Shown: positions 8,518-15,357 of the stretch, piece by piece
Layout of the letters: every line of letters starts with the position of its first letter
Numbering within the stretch: position 1 is the first letter of the stretch
IMG/VR virus record: IMGVR_UViG_3300030095_006136
Location: 1 to 37,623 of that record
Source: a virus
Taxonomy: Duplodnaviria; Caudoviricetes
DNA length: 37,623 nucleotides
Direction: 5' to 3' (one strand)
Notes under the pieces: model-generated
What the model saw: only the letters and a program-made list of their open reading frames with translations
Told to the model about the DNA's origin: nothing
The model's database searches: none
Made by a program: the position numbers and the translations under genes

Positions 8518-8765
8518 TTAATACCTCTCTGTCTTAAAATTAAAAACTCCTCTATATGTTTATGAAACAATCCTTGGGAGAAAAAAGCTTTAGTAACCGC
8601 GTCTACTGTAATATCCTTTTTGGTTTTAAAGTCTATTACTTTAAGAGATTTCCCTTCATCCAATATATTTATAATTTTATCTAATGTAACATATTTAGAA
8701 ATCGTTTTATTATAATATTTTCTGTTTGAATATCTATGAATTTCTACATGATTATTATCAATCAT
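8514..8765 (-). CDS. PhaR-like DNA-binding protein (PHB accumulation regulator N-terminal domain)
   Basis: IHRYSNRKYYN...SKYVTLDKI...G...KVID.KTKKDIT matches the PhaR pattern IKKYxNRRLY...SxYITL...V.D.KTGEDIT. Confidence 0.75.
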   Translation of the reverse strand: MIDNNHVEIHRYSNRKYYNKTISKYVTLDKIINILDEGKSLKVIDFKTKKDITVDAVTKAFFSQGLFHKHIEEFLILRQRGIK

Positions 8766-9004
8766 TAATACTCCTTTATAGGTTCTCTGTCGAGAACTTT
8801 AGTTAATATAATACTTAAAATTTCGTCTATACACTCTGTTACAATATCATCATCAACACAATGGATTGACGCTACCTCTACAGCCTTATCAAGACTACCA
8901 TAAGTTTTTATTAACCACTCATCGTCTACACTATTACTTAAAAAATCTTTTATTGCACCATTTGACAATTCTTCTATAAACATTTCTTGTTCCCAACTCA
9001 TCAT
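8765..9004 (-). CDS. hypothetical protein
   Basis: 79-aa ORF with AAGGAG RBS. Confidence 0.65.
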   Translation of the reverse strand: MMSWEQEMFIEELSNGAIKDFLSNSVDDEWLIKTYGSLDKAVEVASIHCVDDDIVTECIDEILSIILTKVLDREPIKEY

Positions 9005-9098
9005 GTATCTCCTTTTTAGGGGGACATATAACCATATCCGTACCTGTCATCATTATAATCATAAATATTATTAAAAAAATAGCTATACAATATCGCAT
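8934..9098 (-). CDS. small membrane protein, 54 aa (not in ORF track)
   Basis: MRYCIAIFLIIFMIIMMTGTDMVICPPKKE...; fills the gap between neighbours; AAGGA upstream. Confidence 0.45.
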   Translation of the reverse strand: MRYCIAIFLIIFMIIMMTGTDMVICPPKKEIHDELGTRNVYRRIVKWCNKRFFK

Positions 9099-9346
9099 AT
9101 TTCTTTCCTTAATACAGCAGATCTTCCTTTTTTATTCCATGTATGATTACTTTTAAATATAGGTCTAAACCCATGTATACATCCCTTCCCGTTAGCACCT
9201 ATTATAGATCTAGGATATAATTCATAGGATGAAACAAATATAGCGTGATACCCACATTTCATACAATTACCGTCTTCGTCTGCTATAGTTTTCTTAAAGT
9301 TAGTGTGATGATAGTTCACATGACACGTACAGTAGGCTATACTCAT
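9083..9346 (-). CDS. zinc-ribbon protein (paralog of 7922..8245)
   Basis: CTC...CMKCGY, YELYPRS. Confidence 0.6.
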   Translation of the reverse strand: MSIAYCTCHVNYHHTNFKKTIADEDGNCMKCGYHAIFVSSYELYPRSIIGANGKGCIHGFRPIFKSNHTWNKKGRSAVLRKEICDIV

Positions 9347-9549
9347 AATATATCCGTATTTTCTAAAGCATTTAACTCACATTCTAACTCAGTTAACAAA
9401 TTCATTATCGAGTATGTCCACGTCGATGTAATTTGTAACCGGTTATCGCAGTATTTTATAAAAGCTCGTTGATCATCATGATTTAACATACTCTCAAATC
9501 GCTTTTCAATAAATATTTCTCCCCCATAAAATATGCATTCGTTTTTCAT
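9343..9549 (-). CDS. hypothetical protein
   Basis: 68-aa ORF with ATGA overlaps. Confidence 0.55.
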   Translation of the reverse strand: MKNECIFYGGEIFIEKRFESMLNHDDQRAFIKYCDNRLQITSTWTYSIMNLLTELECELNALENTDIL

Positions 9550-9719
9550 GCTACATCCTTTAAACAGGCTTTATAAAACTGATATCCCCGTGCCGCAGCA
9601 ACCTCAACTTCGTCTGAAAGGGCGCCGAGACTGACGTCGGAACAGTTTTTAATCTGTTGCAATGCCTGTCTTACTTCCTCTAGATTAATAAGTTTCGCTA
9701 TGGTAAGTGTCTTAGTCAT
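9546..9719 (-). CDS. hypothetical 57-aa protein (not in ORF track)
   Basis: AGGGG RBS; MTKTLTIAKLINLEEVRQALQQIKNC...KDVA*. Confidence 0.55.
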   Translation of the reverse strand: MTKTLTIAKLINLEEVRQALQQIKNCSDVSLGALSDEVEVAAARGYQFYKACLKDVA

Positions 9720-9867
9720 TTTTTACCCCTTTGTAAGTCTGGTCAACACAAAACTTATACAATTCTTTTAACTTGTCCTCGTCAAAGGTGTCTACCATAT
9801 GATTAATAAATTCTTGCATAAACTGTTTATTTTCTATATCCTTATAAACATTTTTTATTTCGGTCAT
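9712..9867 (-). CDS. hypothetical 51-aa protein (not in ORF track)
   Basis: GGGAGG RBS; MTEIKNVYKDIENKQFMQEFINHMVDTFDEDKLKELYKFCVDQTYKGVKND*. Confidence 0.6.
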   Translation of the reverse strand: MTEIKNVYKDIENKQFMQEFINHMVDTFDEDKLKELYKFCVDQTYKGVKND

Positions 9868-10304
9868 TTAGCCTCCCTTAATTTTCTTAAGTACTTTATA
9901 AATACATTATTTTTAATATCATTTAACTCCGCCTTAGTCTTAGCAGTATGTCTTGAAAAAACCCTACCACGTCGTCTTAAAAAGATCAAAGGTTTTGTTA
10001 CACCTTTTTTAGTTCTGTAATTATTATCAATATGTAGGTGATCTACTTCATCTCCTAATCGATAACCAAAATCCAACACTAGCTTACCTAATTTTATATA
10101 TTCAGCTTTAGTCAATCTATTAGAATAAGTTCCAATGTCCAGAGCACCTTTTCTATGGTTCTCAGACGTTCCACCTGTAGTATACTTCAAAGGGCGCTGT
10201 AACATATGTTCAGCCGTTAAAATGAAATTTTGATACTTATTATGATGTTTTAAATCAACATCTGCAAATAATAATAAAGTTAATAAACTTAAAGTAGTTA
10301 TCAT
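9864..10304 (-). CDS. peptidase M15-like zinc metallopeptidase with N-terminal signal/anchor (candidate peptidoglycan hydrolase)
   Basis: Hydrophobic N-terminus; SENHRKGALDI and DHLHID zinc motifs (H-D spacing one residue shorter than canonical). Confidence 0.55.
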   Translation of the reverse strand: MITTLSLLTLLLFADVDLKHHNKYQNFILTAEHMLQRPLKYTTGGTSENHRKGALDIGTYSNRLTKAEYIKLGKLVLDFGYRLGDEVDHLHIDNNYRTKKGVTKPLIFLRRRGRVFSRHTAKTKAELNDIKNNVFIKYLRKLREAK

Positions 10305-10462
10305 AAACGCCTCTCAAATAGTCGCAATAAAGTTTGATGCTGAGCTATTAAATTGTCAACAAGATCCTCTAGAGATATCACGCGATCTGCCATGTTATCT
10401 AAATTAATCCGCTGATCTAATACCTTAGTTTTTAATATTTCTATATCATTTTCCTTTGTCAT
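10301..10462 (-). CDS. hypothetical 53-aa coiled-coil protein (not in ORF track)
   Basis: GGAGG RBS; MTKENDIEILKTKVLDQRINLDNMADRVISLEDLVDNL...RRL*. Confidence 0.6.
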   Translation of the reverse strand: MTKENDIEILKTKVLDQRINLDNMADRVISLEDLVDNLIAQHQTLLRLFERRL

Positions 10463-10919
10463 TTTTCCTCCCTTTTACGATAATATAATTTTGATCGAGT
10501 AATTCACAATAAAAATAATCCTTTCTCTTTTTCAGCCTACTCGGCGAACAAAGCCTAAATTCGCCTTTTAAAACTTCATCTCCATCCCGAGTCACTTCAA
10601 TCACCTCCTGTTCCGAACTTAGTCTATAATAGCTATTCATGTCATACAAATCAAAAACAATCCGAGCAATCCGCGCCTCAACTACCTTATCATCGTTTAA
10701 AACGAACCAATACAGTTTTTTCTTGTTATTGACCCATCGAAAAACTCGTTTAAATGAATAGCCATATTCTCTAAACATATCACCCATCGAATCATTGCTA
10801 TCAAACCCTCTGGTAATATCTAAATTTTTATTAAAGCCATGCATTATAAAACCTTTATTATCTTTTAGATTTTCTAACATCGCTATGTATTCCTGGTATT
10901 CGCGTTTCAACGTGTTCAA
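10446..10919 (-). CDS. hypothetical early protein
   Basis: Open frame of 157 aa; true start uncertain. Confidence 0.6.
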   Translation of the reverse strand: MNTLKREYQEYIAMLENLKDNKGFIMHGFNKNLDITRGFDSNDSMGDMFREYGYSFKRVFRWVNNKKKLYWFVLNDDKVVEARIARIVFDLYDMNSYYRLSSEQEVIEVTRDGDEVLKGEFRLCSPSRLKKRKDYFYCELLDQNYIIVKGRKNDKGK

Positions 10920-11121
10920 AAAAGATTTCTAAGGATACGTCCATAAAGCCATATATCTCACAACCTTTTCGTTGCATTCGTTTTACTACATAATTATTAA
11001 ATAAATCACCACACTCGGTTAAAGAATGACATCGTTTAAAAACACCTTTTATATGATCTTCATTGTTAATAAATAAAGCAGCTCTATGAGCGTACTCTTT
11101 TCGTTTACTTGATAAGTCCAT
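10858..11121 (-). CDS. hypothetical early protein
   Basis: Likely start MDLSSKR at 11121 after GAGGAG. Confidence 0.6.
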   Translation of the reverse strand: MDLSSKRKEYAHRAALFINNEDHIKGVFKRCHSLTECGDLFNNYVVKRMQRKGCEIYGFMDVSLEIFFEHVETRIPGIHSDVRKSKR

Positions 11122-11123
11122 AA

Positions 11124-11201
11124 TTACTCCTCTGTTCCAAATAATATTGCTAAACATGTAAATGCCATTATTCCATAAAAAACTGTAACAACATCAATCA
11201 T
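11124..11201 (-). CDS. 25-aa hydrophobic peptide (not in ORF track)
   Basis: AAGGGA RBS; MIDVVTVFYGIMAFTCLAILFGTEE*. Confidence 0.5.
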   Translation of the reverse strand: MIDVVTVFYGIMAFTCLAILFGTEE

Positions 11202-11202
11202 T

Positions 11203-11409
11203 TTAAATAATCCCTTGTTTAAGTTCTTTAACATACTCACGCAATTTAAATATATTAGTGAAAAATCTATCACAATATAAAAAATCATAACCATTAGTTA
11301 CACTTACTCTAAAATAATCATTACAGTATTTAATAATCTGTATTTCATTAAATTTATCCTTTAAAGGTATTACAAGTGTATTTCTATGTTTCCACGCATT
11401 GTATTTCAT
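11203..11409 (-). CDS. hypothetical early protein
   Basis: 68 aa, AGGGAG RBS. Confidence 0.6.
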   Translation of the reverse strand: MKYNAWKHRNTLVIPLKDKFNEIQIIKYCNDYFRVSVTNGYDFLYCDRFFTNIFKLREYVKELKQGII

Positions 11410-11492
11410 TAAAGACTCCCTGTTGTTAGTCCCATAAATGAGTATGCTAGTAATAGAATCATTAGTGTCGCGTAGTATTTAAAGTATTGCAT
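11409..11492 (-). CDS. 27-aa hydrophobic peptide, first gene of the early arm (not in ORF track)
   Basis: AAGGGAG RBS; MQYFKYYATLMILLLAYSFMGLTTGSL*; TAATG overlap with the next gene. Confidence 0.55.
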   Translation of the reverse strand: MQYFKYYATLMILLLAYSFMGLTTGSL

Positions 11493-11518
11493 ATAAACTC
11501 CCTTGTTTTGTTCTAATA

Positions 11519-11549
11519 ATAGTATCGTATGGAAATGAAAAAAAGTAAA
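11519..11549 (-). promoter_or_regulatory. candidate early promoter
   Basis: TTTACT, 19 bp, TACTAT on the minus strand, just upstream of the first early gene. Confidence 0.4.
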
Positions 11550-11651
11550 TAGAAAAATGCACTGCATCAGATAAAAATGCAATAATCAAATGAATGCAAT
11601 GAGTTATGAAACAGACTGTGAGATTACGGTATGTTATGAAAATGGAGGGAT

Positions 11652-11728
11652 TAAAAATGAGATAGACATTACACCAAGGGAATTAATTTATAATGTCTAC
11701 CTCACTAATGTTCTGCTATGCAACTAGT
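11652..11728 (-). ncRNA. putative small RNA of about 75 nt
   Basis: Bounded by a consensus promoter (11761-11733) and a 14-bp stem plus U tract; no ORF inside. Confidence 0.45.
11653..11704 (-). terminator. intrinsic terminator-like hairpin
   Basis: Minus strand TGAGGTAGACATTA-19 nt-TAATGTCTATCTCA followed by TTTTT. Confidence 0.55.
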
Positions 11729-11732
11729 CTAC

Positions 11733-11761
11733 AGCATAACTAATAAATTAAAAGTTGTCAA
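11733..11761 (-). promoter_or_regulatory. sigma70-type promoter
   Basis: TTGACA, 17 bp, TATGCT. Confidence 0.7.
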
Positions 11762-11882
11762 TAGAAATATAACCTTTAATAAAGGTAGGTCTTAGTCTGT
11801 GAGTCACATTACTGGGGGGATTAGAGTCCTAAATAAGTTTGATTGAGACAGTCACATCACCCACGCAACTAGTCTTCATCAC

Positions 11883-11899
11883 CTGGCACAGATCTTGCA
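11883..11899 (+). promoter_or_regulatory. sigma54 (RpoN) -24/-12 promoter element
   Basis: CTGGCACAGATCTTGCA versus consensus YTGGCACGRNNNTTGCW; GG-N10-GC spacing intact. Confidence 0.65.
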
Positions 11900-12095
11900 G
11901 GGTAGGTACCCCCTTCAAAAAAGACCCCCCGCTGTATAGTTTTATTTTTCAATATAAAGATAGTCACTCTACACCTATTTTTCCTGAAATATCACTAACT
12001 TAGATCCCCCCGCAACAAGTACCCAGAAACGGGCGTAAGCCGACAAGCTTAATATTGAGGGAACCGAAAATATTAAGATCGGAACAATCCTTATC

Positions 12096-12125
12096 TTGAC
12101 AAGGACAGTATAAATATGGTATACT
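12096..12125 (+). promoter_or_regulatory. sigma70-type promoter of the packaging/structural arm, probably leaderless
   Basis: TTGACA, 18 bp, TGnTATACT; ATG lies 7 nt downstream with no SD. Confidence 0.7.
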
Positions 12126-12132
12126 TTTTGTT

Positions 12133-12480
12133 ATGTCCAAACCAGACACTTTTAAAGCAGGGTATTACACCTGGACTATTTTTTGGTCAGAAGAACCACC
12201 TGAGGAAGCCTTTGGAAAGACAGATACTACTTCAAAAAGAATAACTATATATAAGATTGAAAATGAGGAAATAGAGAAAGAAACCTTATTCCATGAGATC
12301 TTACATGTAGCTTTAGACGATACAGCGGAAGCCATATTTGGATATGAATTAGAGAAGAAGGAATGTGATAAGGAGGAGAATTTAGTGCGACTTCTCTCTC
12401 CCCAGTTACTCTTCATACTTACCTCTAACCCGAAATTAGCTTCTTTTATACTAGGCAGAGGACATGGGAAAAGGAAGTAA
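12133..12480 (+). CDS. small HEXXH zincin-like protein
   Basis: ETLFHEILH plus a downstream EE; G.T.....I.I pattern. Confidence 0.6.
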   Translation: MSKPDTFKAGYYTWTIFWSEEPPEEAFGKTDTTSKRITIYKIENEEIEKETLFHEILHVALDDTAEAIFGYELEKKECDKEENLVRLLSPQLLFILTSNPKLASFILGRGHGKRK

Positions 12481-12985
12481 ATACGACCTAACAGAAGCCA
12501 AAGAAATGTACATGTCATTTAAGGCTCTTAAGGACATTGCAGATCATTGCTCTATTCCGTACCGGACTTTATTATATCATAGCAAGAAGTGGGAGGAAGA
12601 GCGCGACATGGTTCGTAAGGTAATTCTAAAAGATTTAGCAGAAAATAAGAAAGCGGTTTTAGTATCACTAACTGGTAATTCTTTGGATTGTATTGACAGA
12701 GCAATTAGGACATTAAAAGAAAGAGCAAAACCCCCAACAGTAATGGAAGCACGCAATCTGACAACCATAGTATCAGAAATTGATAGAATTCTAAGGTTGG
12801 ATGAAGGTGAACCGACTGATATTATTAGTCAACATAAACCTGCTACAGTAATTGAACTGCAGCAAAAACTTAAAGCGGATCCTTTTTATATAGAGGACGC
12901 TGATTTCAGGGAGATTAAAAATGAAAAAGATGATGATGCTAATCCTAGCACTACTACTAACGACGAGCCTGAGCTTTGCAACTGA
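12464..12985 (+). CDS. terS: putative terminase small subunit
   Basis: N-terminal HTH (AKEMY...LKDIADHCSIPYRTL...W), helical body, position upstream of TerL. Confidence 0.55.
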   Translation: MGKGSKYDLTEAKEMYMSFKALKDIADHCSIPYRTLLYHSKKWEEERDMVRKVILKDLAENKKAVLVSLTGNSLDCIDRAIRTLKERAKPPTVMEARNLTTIVSEIDRILRLDEGEPTDIISQHKPATVIELQQKLKADPFYIEDADFREIKNEKDDDANPSTTTNDEPELCN

Positions 12986-13634
12986 GTATAAGTCTATTTT
13001 ACTTACTGAGAATAATACAGTAGTATTTAAAGGAGCAGTTAGTTCAGCTACTGCAGACTTGTATGGAACTCAATTACTAAATCTATCTGCTAGGATAGAC
13101 TCTACAGAAACTATTTATTTAGTATTAGATTCTCCAGGAGGAAGTATTTGGGCAGGGCTAAATTTTATTTCTCTTATGCAGAGTGTTCCTCAGAACATAG
13201 AATGTATTGCAAACTTTGCAGCGTCTATGGCGCATGGCTTTTTACAAGCTTGTCCAGGTAAACGATATATTACACCTAATGGAGTTTCCATGATACATAG
13301 AGCTCAAGGTAGTTTTGGAGGACAATTTAATGATGGAGAAGTAGAATCTCGTTTAGAGTTTTGGAAAAGTATTGTTAATATAATGGAAGAGAGTAACGCT
13401 AAAAGAATGGGTTTAACTAATGAGACTTATAAACAATTAGCAAAAGATGAATTTTGGTGTGCAGGTAAGAATTGTGTAAAGTATAGTTTTACTGATGAAG
13501 TAGTTTCTATGAAGTGTAGCCCCGGTCTTTTAAATAAAACCTATATGTATCCTAATGGAGCAGTTTTATCAAGATGTCCTTTAATTAGAGGTCCTGTAAA
13601 AAGTCAATCCTATAGGAGAAAAAAAAGAAAATAA
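12921..13634 (+). CDS. ClpP-like (S14) serine protease with signal peptide
   Basis: IYLVLDSPGGS, AASMA (Ser), SMIH (His), DEFW; N-terminal MKKMMMLILALLLTTSLSFA. Confidence 0.8.
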   Translation: MKKMMMLILALLLTTSLSFATEYKSILLTENNTVVFKGAVSSATADLYGTQLLNLSARIDSTETIYLVLDSPGGSIWAGLNFISLMQSVPQNIECIANFAASMAHGFLQACPGKRYITPNGVSMIHRAQGSFGGQFNDGEVESRLEFWKSIVNIMEESNAKRMGLTNETYKQLAKDEFWCAGKNCVKYSFTDEVVSMKCSPGLLNKTYMYPNGAVLSRCPLIRGPVKSQSYRRKKRK

Positions 13635-15115
13635 TGAGTTTAATTGATCTTACCCCGAACGATGCTTTATATTTGCAGATTATGGATGATCTACATAAGC
13701 ATTGGAATCCTCATTCTGGACAATTGAAAGTAGGAAAGCCTCTTATTGCTAAAGAGGTTAATACTACTTTTGTTCAATGTGGACGGAAATGGGGAAAAAC
13801 TGACTTTGCTATTTATCTTTTATGGAGACACGCTCTTCTACATCCAGGTTCCACTTGTTACTACATTACTCCAGAGCTATCCCACGGAAGGGAAATTATC
13901 TGGCATAATTCACGTCTAACTCAATTCGGTCGTGAGCGAGATGACCAAGGGCGAATAGTTCCTGGGGGCTCAGAACCTATGAAAAAATATATTAGCCATA
14001 TATCTAATGTAGATTCTAGATTAAAATTAAAAAATCAATCTACTATAAAAATAGTTGGTTCTGAAAACTGGGCAGCTGCTAACGGGCTAACTCCCGACTT
14101 TGTAGTGTATGATGAATTTAAAGTATTTCATCCTCAGTTTCATACAGAAATGAATCCTAATAGAATTGTTAGAAAAGCTCCTTTAGTTATTATTGGAACA
14201 CCCCCTAAGGCAGGAGATAGAAATGCCGATCAGTACCTTGAATTCGCAGACGAATGTACTACAAGAGACGACTGTTTTCATATTATCGCCTCATCTTACG
14301 ACAATCCTTACACCCCACGGGACGAAATTGATCGTGAAATCGAGAAACTCAGGCTACGTGGTGAAGATGATGTTGTCGAACGAGAGTATTTTGGAAAAAT
14401 CTCGGTGGGGGGACGGAACGCTATTTTCCCGATGTTCGATATTAAATATATAGAGGAACATAGCAAATTATTAGAGGAGATAAAATATGATGTTAAAAAA
14501 CTTGATTGGTTTTGCATTGCGGATCCTGGCAGTACTACTTGTTTTGCCGTTCTCTTTGGGGCTATTAATCCGTATACTAAAAAACTGTACCTTCTAGATG
14601 AACTTTATGAAACTAGCCAAGAAAATACTTCTATTAGACGAATGTACCCTCGAATTGAGGCTAAAATGAAAGAATTACATCCTAATGGAGATGTAGAAGA
14701 TGACTGGATAAAAATATATGATGAAGCAGCAGCTTGGTTTGCTACTGAGCTTATGGGACAATATGGAGTCTATTTTTCTCCTACAGCTAAACATATGCAT
14801 AAGAAAGATCATGGGTTATCCTTAATAAAAGATCAAATGATTCATAATTTTGTTATTTTATCTAATAGATGTATTAAATTAAAGTGGGAGATGCAGATGT
14901 ATGTAAAAACAGATAAGGGAGATATCCCTAAAAAGAATGACCATTTAATCGATGGATGGCGTTATTTGAATGCAGCCGCTCATTATAACATGCATGAAGC
15001 TATAGAAAAACAGAAAGAAAAGAGTGAAAAAAGGGGATATACCCCTAGAGAAGATTTTAAAAACTTACAAAAAGAGGTCGATTGGACCTTTAATATATTT
15101 GATTGGGAGGATTAA
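13634..15115 (+). CDS. terL: terminase large subunit
   Basis: PHSGQ, GRKWGKT Walker A, VVYDE Walker B, IGTP coupling motif, nuclease ADPG and NDHLID. Confidence 0.92.
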   Translation: MSLIDLTPNDALYLQIMDDLHKHWNPHSGQLKVGKPLIAKEVNTTFVQCGRKWGKTDFAIYLLWRHALLHPGSTCYYITPELSHGREIIWHNSRLTQFGRERDDQGRIVPGGSEPMKKYISHISNVDSRLKLKNQSTIKIVGSENWAAANGLTPDFVVYDEFKVFHPQFHTEMNPNRIVRKAPLVIIGTPPKAGDRNADQYLEFADECTTRDDCFHIIASSYDNPYTPRDEIDREIEKLRLRGEDDVVEREYFGKISVGGRNAIFPMFDIKYIEEHSKLLEEIKYDVKKLDWFCIADPGSTTCFAVLFGAINPYTKKLYLLDELYETSQENTSIRRMYPRIEAKMKELHPNGDVEDDWIKIYDEAAAWFATELMGQYGVYFSPTAKHMHKKDHGLSLIKDQMIHNFVILSNRCIKLKWEMQMYVKTDKGDIPKKNDHLIDGWRYLNAAAHYNMHEAIEKQKEKSEKRGYTPREDFKNLQKEVDWTFNIFDWED

Positions 15116-15117
15116 GT

Positions 15118-15357
15118 ATGAATATTATAGAAATCTGCATTATTTTATCAATTGTCTCTTGCATTATTTCATCAATTGTGTTACCATTGACGCTGTACGC
15201 CTTGATTTTAGTTAAAAGTTTAGAGAAACAAACACATACAGTCCAATTTATGCCAACCGACGAAGCTTTGGACCCGTCATTCTCAAATCAAGAAGTACTG
15301 CAAGGTATGAATACCGAGAATAAAGAAGACAATGAAGAAATATATAGGATGGTATAA
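15118..15357 (+). CDS. small membrane protein between TerL and portal
   Basis: GGAGG RBS; long hydrophobic N-terminal helix. Confidence 0.6.
   Translation: MNIIEICIILSIVSCIISSIVLPLTLYALILVKSLEKQTHTVQFMPTDEALDPSFSNQEVLQGMNTENKEDNEEIYRMV

Noticed and set aside
11644-11665. GGAGG followed by ATG-AGA-TAG minigene on the plus strand
   Set aside because: No convincing plus-strand promoter; the sequence is explained as the arm and U tract of the minus-strand terminator
11493-12132. Lysogeny switch (repressor/cro, attP)
   Set aside because: Divergent promoters are present, but no integrase, CI-like repressor or partition genes were recognised
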